From Eledone cirrhosa (Eukaryota): a DNA stretch of 64,000 bases. The notes under the pieces are model-generated. The model had not been told where the DNA came from, searched no databases, and saw only the letters and a program-made list of their open reading frames with translations. Of this stretch, positions 12,335 to 24,200 are shown piece after piece (the first letter of the stretch is position 1; each line of letters begins with the position of its first letter). A program made the position numbers and the translations under genes. The stretch spans positions 13,888,001 through 13,952,000 of the forward strand of contig OZ024753.1 in the NCBI GenBank assembly GCA_964016885.1, given 5' to 3'.

Positions 12335-15300
12335 CTTTCTGGATGTCGGACATCATGAAGAAGTCAATATCTACTCAGATGAACAAAAGTGAGAAGTGTA
12401 GCCTACATAAGTCTTTCAGTGAACCCTCAAGTATGTCATCAAAAGCATTGAATGGAAATAAATTAGCTCAAGCACCCCCACACAATTCAACGAACACGAT
12501 CCCTGTTGGTAGCACTGGTATTGTTAGACATGCCTCTAATCATAAAAACAAACCTTTAACAAACTACAAAAGCAAATCTAATTCTTGTAAGACAGGAAGT
12601 TGCTCTAAGTCGAAGTCAAAGACATCGTGTTCAGATTCACATTTAGTCACTTCCTGTGTGTCTAAGACAAACCATCATCATCATCATCATCAGCATTCTG
12701 ATGAAAGTAGAGAAAGCAGTGTTGTTAATATGAAAGTTCACCGTTCCCATACACATCCACAGATTAATAGTTTAGATTTACCACGGACAGCCATTCACTC
12801 GTCCCCTTCCAAAGAGCATCTTGCACTCCCCCAGTATTTTCACAGTAACTTGTCTGATAAACTTAGTGATTATGAAGATGTTTGGAAAAACTGTCCGTCG
12901 GTTAAAAGTGCGGACATTCAGAGTGGTAAAATGTTTAGTGATTCTGAAGCAGAGAATAACTGCACGCTGTACATGCCTAACAAAAATGAACGCTTAGTTG
13001 TGAGTCCAATAAGCTGCATCAGCTCTGAAATAGAAACAGGAGACTTGTATATAAAATCTGGACATGATATATGTTTGAAAGAAGAAAAGGAAATCGAGGA
13101 TTTGTATAGTAAATCCTCTCACGACAAATGTTTCAAACAACAAAAGGCAATTGAGGATTTATATAGTAAATCAGCTCATGATATTTGTTTTAAGTTAAAG
13201 AAAGCTTCCAGTCCTGATAAATGTGAAAATCCTGCAACAGACCAGGAGAAACACAGTGCTGTAACATGGCCATCTCAATCTACTTCATCTTGTCATGCTG
13301 ATGGTCGCATGGCTCGACGCGGCTCTACCGGCCAAACTGTACAACACAATAAACATAATTCAGAAACACAAACTTGCCAAAAAGATGTTGAGTTACAGAG
13401 GAGAATCTCCTTACAAGAAGAAATAAGACCTCAGAAAACAAAGGTACCCGAGGGCAGTAAAGATATCACTGATTCTATGACCTCTTGTGAGAAGAAAGTT
13501 GAACCAATGAACAAACCCCCCGAAAAGACAAAGCCCCCTCCTTTACATAGTGTGGCATATGTTCAGAAATCTTCTGATGGAAAGACAAAAAGCCCTGTAT
13601 ATACTGAGCCTTTTGACTCACTAGGAGTGAACTCAGTTATATTTCCGCCTGTAAGCTCTGCTAACAGACAAGTTTATGGACAGAAATCAACAGCACACAA
13701 TTGTCATGAGCGACGTAAGAATCGCATCTCTCACCAACCCACCTTAGAAACTATTTATTCACCTTCTATAACACCAAATGCCACCATATTTTCTTTTGAT
13801 AAATACAAAATAAGGAATGGTAAAAGCTCCAGTGATATGAACAATAATGCTAAGCAAAGTCTACAGAAACAGTGTTTTTATAGTCAGAGTGAAAACCACC
13901 AAAAAACAGACAAAATTGAGCTGAAATACAGCGATAAGGGGGCCTTAAGTAATGCATGTGCTACAGTTGCAGATAACATTCTTCTAACAATGAAGATGCA
14001 TGAAAGTAAGTCAAAGACTCAGACGTTGCAGAAATTCCCTGTGAATCAAAAAAACCCAGCAAAAGAAAGTGAGTTGGATGTTGTGACATTAGAGGATATG
14101 ATAGCTCCTCAGTTGACTTTAAAACCAATGGAACAACCAAACCTAATAATTTCATCAAAGACATCAGAATATGATAATTTGAATCAATATCGTGCTGTAT
14201 CTGTAGTCAGTGATGCCGGTACTGTTTTCTCTAAACCGTGGGACAGTGAAAAATGGGACAACATTCTGAAATGTGAAGACCTTAAGGCATTGCCATCGGC
14301 TAACCCATTTGAACGAATTCAAGAATGGCAAGCATTGAGTCAGAACTATGCTCAAAAGGGGAAAGATTCTAGTAATTTTCAGAACAGACATAGCACAGCC
14401 TCAAGTGGTTCACAAGTAGAGAGTGGACCTCTGCCAGACTCAGTAAAGGCTCAAATGCTTGAACGCAAAGTATTGAAGGAAATTATTGCCAAATCAGAAG
14501 ATAAAGAGAAATTACCATTGTTATCATCATCAAGCGAATCTTTTGAGAAACATATTGAATTAACCCTTAACAAAAGTCCTGGTATGAACCTTAAAGAATA
14601 TGTTCTGCATTTAGCAAGTAGTCCTGAGACATTTGGCCTTCAGATCCAACATTTTTTAGAATGTACTAGAGAAAGTCAAGAGAGCAATCCCCGCTGTGTG
14701 ATGAGCAATGTTAGACAGTTTATGACTGGGATGAAAAACTATCTGTTTCATAACAATCAAAAAGGTCTAAATACTCTGATTAAGAGAGAATCTAGTCGAC
14801 TTGGTGCCAATGAGATTCTCAACATTGACGCCATTATTGAAAGTTCTCTTCACGAAAGTGTCATTCTGCCTTTAAAGAAACACATTTATCAACTGCTTGC
14901 TGCTGACTACACCAAAAATGGAAGTGTGGAAACGTTGTATAAAAATATTGTCTATGCTCGTACACGACCTCTTAGTGACCTTGGTCTTCGAGGTCACTTA
15001 ACTCCTCCAGACAAAGAAGAGCTACAGTTAATAAGACATCATCTGATACAAATTAAAGAATCGTACTCTCCAGTGAAAAAGTTAGAAAACCTCATGGCTG
15101 CCGCGTATTGTATCACAGGCTGTTTAAATAGTCAATGTCCAGAAGGTCGAGGCAGTAGTTCAGTACAAACAGATGACTTCCTTCCAATGTTAACCTATGT
15201 AATAGTTGATGTAGGCCTTGTTACAGCCGAGATAGAAGCTGATTATATGTGGGGGTTACTCCACAGTTCACAGGTGACAGCTGAAGCCAGTTATTACCTG

Positions 15301-15711
15301 TCAACTCTCAGTAGTGCTGTTCTATTACTTAAGATATTCAAAGAAACCCACCAAAGTAATTTTTCAAATGGCCACCAGGGCCGTCTGCCAAGTATCAGTG
15401 ATATGCAAGGCTTTCTGAAGGTAGCATTTCCTGATGAGTTTCGAGACAGCATTATTTGGAAAACTCTGCCCATTAGACCAAACATGACCACAAAAGATGT
15501 TTGTGCTATGATTGCTCACAGGTTCCGAATCACCAATCCACAAGACTATGGATTATTTATTTTAGTAAATGGACAAGAAAACTTCCTAGCTGAAACCACA
15601 TGTCCACAGAATATAAAGATGGAAAATGTTGATGCCAAGAAGGAATGTATATTTGCCTACAAGCGAATAGCTGCCAATATAGCTTGGCCCCACCAACTTC
15701 AAACTAGCTGA
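12335..15711 (+). CDS. RIN/sprint-like Ras and Rab interactor, terminal exon (low-complexity linker, helical bundle, VPS9 GEF, RA domain)
   Basis: ttttcag|CT TTC TGG. Motifs VRQFMTGMKNYL, SPVKKLENL, TDDFLPMLTYVI, EASYYLSTL (VPS9) and KTLPIRPNMTTKDVCAMIAHRFRITNPQDYGLF (RA). The ORF-track start at 12163 is intronic. Confidence 0.92.
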
Positions 15712-15764
15712 AAACAGACGCAGACTCTCTTGTTGTTTTTTGTCTTTTCACCTGCAATTGTTTC

Positions 15765-16095
15765 ATCATCATCATCATTTTACGTCCGCTTTTCCCTGCT
15801 TGCAAGGGTGGGACGGGAACTGATTGTGGCTTGATTTCTACAGCTGGATGCCCTTCCTAACACCAACCTCATTTACAGTGAGTGCTGGGTGCTTTTTTTC
15901 CGTGGTGCCTACACGTCCACTTTACAGTGTGGGCTGGGTGATTTTTTGCCGTGGCGCCTACACGACCACTTTGCAGTGGAATGATAGGGACCCCCAGTCC
16001 CCATCATCTCATTTCTACAGCTGAGTAAACTGGAGCAATGTGAAATAAAGTGTCTTGCTCAAGGAAACAACACATCACCTGGTCTGAGAATTGAA
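15765..16095 (-). mobile_element. SINE with RTE-derived tail in the RIN/sprint 3'UTR region
   Basis: Reverse copy of the 1-270 element with a (GAT)n tail, about 50 nt after the stop codon. Confidence 0.75.
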
Positions 16096-18282
16096 TATTT
16101 TCAGTGTCAAATAAACACTTCTGGTTGGCAGACATGGAGAGCTATTTTCTCAATGTCCTGTACCACATGAAACAACATTAGCAAGACATTCTTGAAAAGT
16201 ACAAAACAGCACTAATGACTGAATCACATTAAAAAATATTAAAGTTTTTACTCTAATACTGCAAATTTTCACAAAGGTCTGTCCACCAGTAATGATACTA
16301 TAAACATCTGAATGAACAAACCTGTTTTTTTTAAACATTTTTCTGCTAGATCATTACTGGATGTTGAAAGTTAATGTGTTTTAAACAACAAAAGCTATGG
16401 GTTGATTCCGTTCGAATCAGTTTGACTGTTGGATCTCCATGAATTCACATGATATTGAAATAACTGATTGTTTAGCTTCACAGAATTGTATCAATTCTGT
16501 ATATTTCATTTGCTTCCTGTGTTTCCTGAGCTGCCCAAATATTTCCCCCCAAGTCTTTCATGATATTCCCTTCATAAAGATCTTAAATTTATTTTTGTTT
16601 TAATTCCAAAATAAAATAGATTTAATAATATCCCTTTTGATACCAACCTGGCGCCAAACCAACTCTTGTCCAATGAAACAAAACATTTTAAAGGATTCCT
16701 ATCAAAATTAAATATATCAAGTTACTATCTTAGTAATGAAATAATTAATAATTTTTCTAAATCCCTCAAAATTCTTAATTAATTCATTGAAACAGACTGA
16801 TTTCATTAGAAATCCAGTCACAAAAGGGTTATGTAAATTTTTGTTCTAATTCAAATGTGAAATTTAATATGAAGTGAAGAGAATCAGTTACCCATTTGAT
16901 ATCGAAATGCCTAAAACTGCCCCAAGTTACAAAACTGTTTATTTTAAAGTGTTTATGTTTATTTAAAAATATCCTGTCATAATTTTATGTAAGAACCTTT
17001 GTTAATAATGAAAAATGTTAGTTATATTACTAAATCTCTCAAAATTCTGTTTTATTTTCAAAATTATTTGAAAATCATAGGCAGTGTCTTTCAGTAGAAA
17101 TATGGTAATGAAAGGATTAATTAATTGAAATGGAGTGTATTTCATTAGAAATATATCAGAAAAGGATTAAAAATGTTTATTATATTTTTGTTTTTATTTC
17201 CAAGTAACAATGTAATATTAAAGGGATTGGTTTATTGAAATTCAAATGGATTGTCTTCCAAAGTTCCAATCCTGTCTTGTATGTTTCTTTCTCTCCTCCT
17301 CACTACCCTCACTCCTCAATAGAGAGAGAGAAACTGCTTATGAAAGTGTCTGTCATGCAGAACACATCATAGTCTTTAAAAGTCTGGAGTTCACAATTAT
17401 TGATCTGTGGAAAAACATGATTCAAACACATGGAAAAAAAAATAGAAAAGAAATCCTAATTACTGAATATAGTTGAACATAAGTTGAGGAATATGTGACC
17501 AAAACATCAATGGTACAATGGTAAAATGGTGGGGTGGATCAGCTTATATTTGAGTTTATACAGTAATTTCTTCAGAAATATATTGGCTGTGTGGTTAAGG
17601 GGTTTGCTTTGTAACCATGTGCTTATGGGTTCAGTCCTTTTGCATGTCACCTTGAGTAAATGCCTTGTGAGTGGAATTTTGTAAAAAGAAACTGCAGAAG
17701 CCTGTTGTGTCTGTGCCAGTGTATATGTCTATTTACGTCCCATGACTTAGTGGTTCAACAAAAAGAGATCGATAAAATAAGTCCCAGAATATTTAATAAA
17801 AATGTCCTTAGTTTGATATAATTAATTAAATCAAGGTGATGCTACAGTCTAATGATTGAAGCCAGTAAAAAAAAAAGGAAAAAAAAGAATAAATATTTGG
17901 TTTAAAATTTAAAAAACAAACCGAAAGAGCGAGAGGGAGTCGGGCAGAGAAAGCAGATTCTTAATAAGTTTTACTAAGCTATATTTATGTAAGAATTAAA
18001 TCACAGTACACTTTGCAATAAGTATGTTTTATATAATCCCCTAAATATAAATTTTATACAATACTGCTCACTCTCCTCTATCATTCTATTTCTTCTTAAA
18101 TTTCTCATTCTATTTTCTGATGAAGGACTAGCATCCAAAACGTTAAGACTCTTTTCCTACTTTATTAAAGCATAAAACTAATATATTTCTCCATGGTACT
18201 GAGACGTTTGCTTCGTTATTTCTGTTTGCCTTTTGCATATATATATGTAAGTAGTTTCACAATAGTTAGTTCACCATAGCCA

Positions 18283-18606
18283 ATTGGGGAAAACCACAGT
18301 AAGTAAGGTACTCAATACATAGCAGAGTATAAATATTTAATATAGAAATGGCTTCTACAGGACTAGAACTGTTTCATTCGAAGGAAATCATCAGGAAAGC
18401 CCTTTCCTGATTATTTCCTTTGAATGAAACAGTTCTAGACCTGTAGAAGCCATTTCTATATTATATATATATATAAGGAATCATAAATATATATATATAA
18501 GGAAATCATCAGGAAAGGGCTTTCCTGATGATTTCCTTCGAATGAAACAGTTCTAGACCTGTAGAAGCCATTTCTATATTAGATATATATATATATATAA
18601 GGAATC

Positions 18607-18637
<31 letters not shown>

Positions 18638-18717
18638 AGGAAATCATCAGGAACAGGCTTTCCTGATGATTTCCTTCGAAGGAAACAGTTCTAGTCCTGT
18701 ATAAGCCATTTCTATAT

Positions 18718-18762
<45 letters not shown>

Positions 18763-18905
18763 AAATCATCAGAAAAGCGCTTTCCTGATGATTTCCTTTG
18801 AATGAAACACTTCTAGTCCTGTAGAAGCCATTACTATATTAAATATTTATACTCTGCTATGTATTGGGTACTTCACTTACTGTGGTTACCCCTGATTGAA
18901 CCTGG
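18283..18905. mobile_element. Fold-back / tandem non-autonomous Penelope-like element with five hammerhead motifs
   Basis: ggctttc-CTGATGA-tttccttcgaat-GAAA-cag-ttctagtc-ctg-TA-gaagcc at 18350-18401 (-), 18402-18451 (+, core mutated), 18518-18569, 18656-18707 and ~18779-18829 (+). The outer arms are inverted. Confidence 0.7.
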
Positions 18906-19829
18906 GACATATACACATACATATATATATATATATATAACATTGAAGACGCATGTCTAAGTGATTAGGTGATTGGTTCATGATTGTAAGGTTGTGAGTT
19001 CAGTTTCCAGACTGGGCAGCATATTGTATTCTTGAGCAAAGCCCTTTTATTTCATGTTGCCCCAGTTCACTGAGTTACCAGCCACACGCTGTGTTATGCT
19101 GAATCTCCCTGAGAATTATATTAAATAATAGACTGTACCTGTAATTCAAAGGGGCATGCCTTATCACTCACACACACACACTGTGTTATGCTGAATCTCC
19201 CTGAGAATTACATTAAATAATAGACTGTACCTGTAATTCAAAGGGGCATGCCTTATCACTCACACACACACTGTGTTGTGCTGAATCTACTTAAGAACTA
19301 TGTTATGAGTACATATGTGTCTGAAACTGTCAGCCAGGTGCACATGTCTGAAAACTTCAGCCAGCTGTATGTTAAGAGTGCATGTGTCTGTTAAAACCTC
19401 AGCCAGTTGCACGTTAAGAATGCACTTATTAATTTCACAAGCTGGCTGTTCCAGTGGTAGAAACAACTGGAACTGACTGAGGTCCGACATACTCTAGGAG
19501 CTATTTTATACAGTCTCCTCTCCCCCTCACCCTGCCTTCCATCACCCCACCCTCATCCTCTCTTCCAACACCCTCTGTCCACATCCTCACCCCTGCCCAT
19601 TTTTTTCTTTTCTTTTGTAATTTTTTCTATTACTAAGCTGCTATCCTTTGTTACAAATTATGTGATGTTAAACTTGTAAAATTTTATGTTAAACCATATT
19701 TATATGTAAAGAAAACCCAACAACATTAAAAATAAAAACAAAACTGATATTATTGGTAATGATGTTCATTTCTCATGTAATGTTATATATGCTCATAATG
19801 TTATTATACTTGGTAAAGTGTGGAGCTGT

Positions 19830-20828
19830 CCATCTTGCCAACAACAACCCTGAGTACCTTTTTGATCTCTATGTGTCTAACATACGTGGACATGCCCACA
19901 AAGTCAGAAAACAGCACAGCTCCCATGACTTTCGGAAACATTTTTTCACGTTCAGAATTGCTGAAGCATGGAACAAACTGCCTGTGTCAGTTGTTAGCTG
20001 TCGAGACACTGCATCCTTTAAAACCTCCATGGAACAAACTACCTGCATCAGTTTTTAGCTGTCGAGACACTGCATCCTTTAAAACCTCCATGGAACAAAC
20101 TACCTGCATTAGTTGTTAGCTGTCGAGACACTGCATCTTTTAAAACCTCCATGGAACAAACTACCTGCATCAGTTGTTAGCTGTCGAGACACTGCATCCT
20201 TTAAAACCTCCATGGAACAAACTACCTGCATCAGTTGTTAACTGTCGAGACACTGCATCCCTTAAAACCTCCATGGAACAAACTACCTGCATCAGTTGTT
20301 AGCTGTCGAGACACTGCATCCTTTAAAACATCCATGGAACAAACTACCTGCATCAGTTGTTAGCTGCAAAGACACTGCATCCTTTAAAACATCCATGGAA
20401 CAAACTCCCTGCATCAGTTGTTAGCTGTCGAGACACTGCATCCTTTAAAACATCCATGGAACAAACTACCTGCATCAGTTGTTAGCTGCAAAGACAGTGC
20501 ATCCTTTAAAACATCCATGGAACAAACTACCTGCATCACTTGTTAGCTGTCGAGACACTGCATCCTTTAAAACCTCCATGGAACAAACTACCTGCATCAG
20601 TTGTTAGCTGTCGAGACACTGCATCCTTTAAAACCTCCATGCTTCCCGAGATTTGCCAACACTACACCTCATGTTCACCCTCCATACACATAAACACATG
20701 TATATCATGACTCATACACTATTCACTTCCCTGACATTTGTATATTATTCTATGTACTATACATGCACCTTTGACGAGTTGTAGTGCACCTGAGCACTTT
20801 ACACAATAATTTCATTATTATTATTATA
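19830..20828 (+). mobile_element. CR1-type LINE 3' end with an internal 61-bp tandem array (~11 copies)
   Basis: RGHAHKVRKQH..FRKHFFTFRIAEAWNKLP; repeats of ggaacaaactacctgcatcagttgttagctgtcgagacactgcatcctttaaaacctccat; (ATT)n tail. Confidence 0.8.
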
Positions 20829-20954
20829 GATGTGGACCTCTGACCTGTCTGGAATATCAGTAGCTTTGTTTCAATACTGATTTAGTTTGTAAAGATCCAG
20901 CCAACGTTTGCTAGCAGAGAAAGCCGGGGTTAGATAATGAGGATGGATACATAT

Positions 20955-20988
<34 letters not shown>

Positions 20989-21204
20989 ATAAAGGAACGA
21001 TCGACTTTCGTCAAGTCGGACCGAGGCAACTATGTTTCCGTTGGTCTTTCCAATTGCTATTACTATCTATCGGTCGCAATTCCAGGTAGAAGGAGCAACG
21101 TGAAATAAAGTGTCTTGCTCAAGGACATAACGCATCACCCGGTCCAGGAATCGAACTCACGATTGCGAATCCAGTTCTCTAACCACTCAGCCACACGCCT
21201 TCAC

Positions 21205-24200
21205 TATCATCATCATCATCATCATCACCGTTTTACGTCCGTTCTTCCACGCTAGCATGGGTTAGACGGGTTGTCCTGTTGTGGGCAGTGTCTGGTCGGC
21301 TGACCATGCCTTGCTCATACAGGAACTGATCTGGCTTGATTTCTACAGCTGGATGCCCTTCCTAACACCAACCTCATTTACAGTGAGTGCTGGGTGCTTT
21401 TTCGTGGCGCCTACACGTCCACTTTACAGTGTGGGCTGGGTGCTTTTTTGCCGTGGCACCTCCACGACCACCTTGCGGGGGGGGGGGGCATATTTATATG
21501 CTTCAGCATGTACCCATGGGAGGTCGGGTACCCTGTATTACTGCGTGACGCCAGAAGTCACGGTCGTGTGTCATTGACTTTGAGAGGTGTAGTTGGGTAA
21601 GGTCGGCTTTTATCACCTCATCCCAAGTCATCTTGGGTCTCCCCACTCCGCGGTTTCCATCAACTTCTAGTGCTCTGCACCTTTTTATGCAGCTGTCATC
21701 CTTCATACGCATCACATGTCCATACCAGCGTAACCGCCTCTCCTGCACGCAGCATTTGATTCCTCTTATGCTCAGTCTCTCTCTCAATTCATTTATGCTT
21801 TGTCGTTCACGTATATTACTGTTACACATCCATCGGAGCATGCAGGCTTCGTTTCTCTCTAATCTACGTAAGTCTTCCACCTTCAGCGCCCAGGTCTCAC
21901 TACCATGCAACATCGCTGTTCGGATACACGCATCATACAGTCTGCCTTTCATTCTGAGGGAGAAGCCTTTTGCAGCTAGCAGTGGTAGTAGTTCCCTAAA
22001 CTTCTTCCATCCCGTTCTTACCCTAGTTATTGTACTTTCTGAGCACCCACCTCCGTTGCTAATTCGGTCACCTAGGTAGCAGAAGCTGTCTACTGTTTCT
22101 ACAGGGCCCTCCCAGAGATTGGTGGTACTTGTTTCCTGTGGCTGTTTGCTTGCTGTTTCAGCACAGCTGCTGCATGTGAATCCTACATTCTTAATTAAGC
22201 TTCCTGAGATCCCGCTACATCTCTTGTGTACCCATTGTTTGCATTTGGGGCAAAGAATGGAGTTCCTACCTACACCTTTCCTACATACTGAGCAAGGCCA
22301 TTTCCCTGAGGGGATCTGGGTTCTGTTTTCTCGTCTACTTATAAGGACCTTAGTCTTTGTCATGTTGACTTTGAGGCCCTTTCTCTCTAGTCCCTGCTTC
22401 CAGGTTTGGAATTTATTCTCTAGTTCTACCATAGATTCAGCTATGAGTGCGAGGTCATCAGCATACAGGAGTTCCCATGGGCATCCGGTCTTAAACTCCT
22501 CCGTTATTGCCTGCAGGACTATGATGAACAGGAGAGGGCTAAGAACAGAGCCCTGGTGGACCCCAACCTGTACGCTAAATTCCTCGCTATACTCATTGCC
22601 AATCCTAACTTTGCTGACTGCTCCCCTATACATGGCTTGTACCGCTTTCACAAGCCATTCATCTACTCCTAGTTTTCTAAGAGCCCACCAGATTACTGCA
22701 CGTGGAACTCTGTCAAAGGCTTTCTCAAGGTCGACAAATGCCAAGTAGAGTGGCTTACTTTTAGCTAGGTACTTTTCCTGTAATTGCCTCACAAGGAAGA
22801 GCGCATCAGTGGTGCCTTTCCCTGGAACAAACCCAAATTGCATCTCGTCTATATTCACCCGGTCCCTAATCAGCTGTGCTATAACTCTTTCTGTTACTTT
22901 CATGACCTGGTCCATCAACTTTATACCTCTATAGTTTCCTCTATCTAGTGCATCGCCTTTACCTTTGTAGCAGTTGACAATGATGCTACTGCACCAATCT
23001 TTTGGTATGGCCCCCTCTAGTATTACCTGGTTAACGATACGTGTGGTTATAGTGTGACCTACAGACCCAGATGCCTTCAGCATCTCGGCAGCTATACCCG
23101 ATGGACCGGTTGCCTTCCCTATCTTCATATCTCTGATTGCCTTACTTACTACGCTGCCGCTGACTTGTACTGCTGGTCCCTCTATAGGGTCTACGTGGGG
23201 TAGGGTCTCTTCTTCCCATGCATTCTCCTCATTTAGTAATCTATCATAATGACTCTTCCATGCATCCTTCTTCTCAGCACTTGTGAGGGCAAGCTCACCT
23301 TTATCATTCCGGATACACTTCTCTCCAATGACATCACAACTATCTCTGACACACTGCCTCGCAATCTTGAATACCTCCTGTTTCTGGTCCTCACGTTGTA
23401 AAACATGCTTGAATTTTCTATCCTCTGCTTCCCTCCTAGCTAAGTATACTTGTCGCCTAGCTTCCCTCTTGGTCTCTATGTAATGTACCCTGCTCCCCCC
23501 GTTCTTCCATTCTTTCCATGCCTGTCTCTTGGCCTTGACTGCTTCATCTACCTTATTGTTCCACCACCAAGTCACTCTCCTCCTGCTTGAGGTCTTACTC
23601 CAGCCACAAACCTCATCCGTCGCCTCTAGTAAGTTATTTTTTAGGAACTCCCAGTTCTCTTCTACGTTAAATGTCTCTATCTGTTCTTCTTTACTGTCGT
23701 AGGCGTTGAGTAAAATATCTTTAAATCTGTTACTGGTTGAGGGGACTTTCAGCTTCCAGATCTTTCTTCTCCAGGTTGGCCTCTGTTTCAGGGCTCGTCT
23801 AGTTCTGACCGTGAGGTCGCTGACAACTAAGCTATGTTGGGATGTACATTCCTCACTAGGGAAGGCTTTTGTGTTTACGACCGTCCATCTGTCACGTCCT
23901 CTGATGAGAATAAAATCTAACTGACTAGAGTGCTCCCCTGATCTATAGGTGATCAGGTGGTTGTCGGGTTTTTTAAAGTTTGTGTTACATATCGACATGT
24001 CATTGGCGTCGCAGAATTCTAGAAGTCTGAATCCTTCCTCATTCCTTGTGCCAACTCCATGGCCTCCATGTACTCTATTGAAGCCGTCGCAGTGTTTACC
24101 TACGTGTCCGTTAAAATCTCCTGCAATGATTAGGAAGTCCTTGTCGTCTGTTAGAGCAGTAGTGTGTATTAGGGACTCGTAAAACCTATCCTTAAGTTCG

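Noticed and set aside
12698-12722. CTGATGA...GAAA inside the RIN/sprint exon (also CTGATGA at ~15431)
   Set aside because: No stem I or II pairing; explained by coding sequence.
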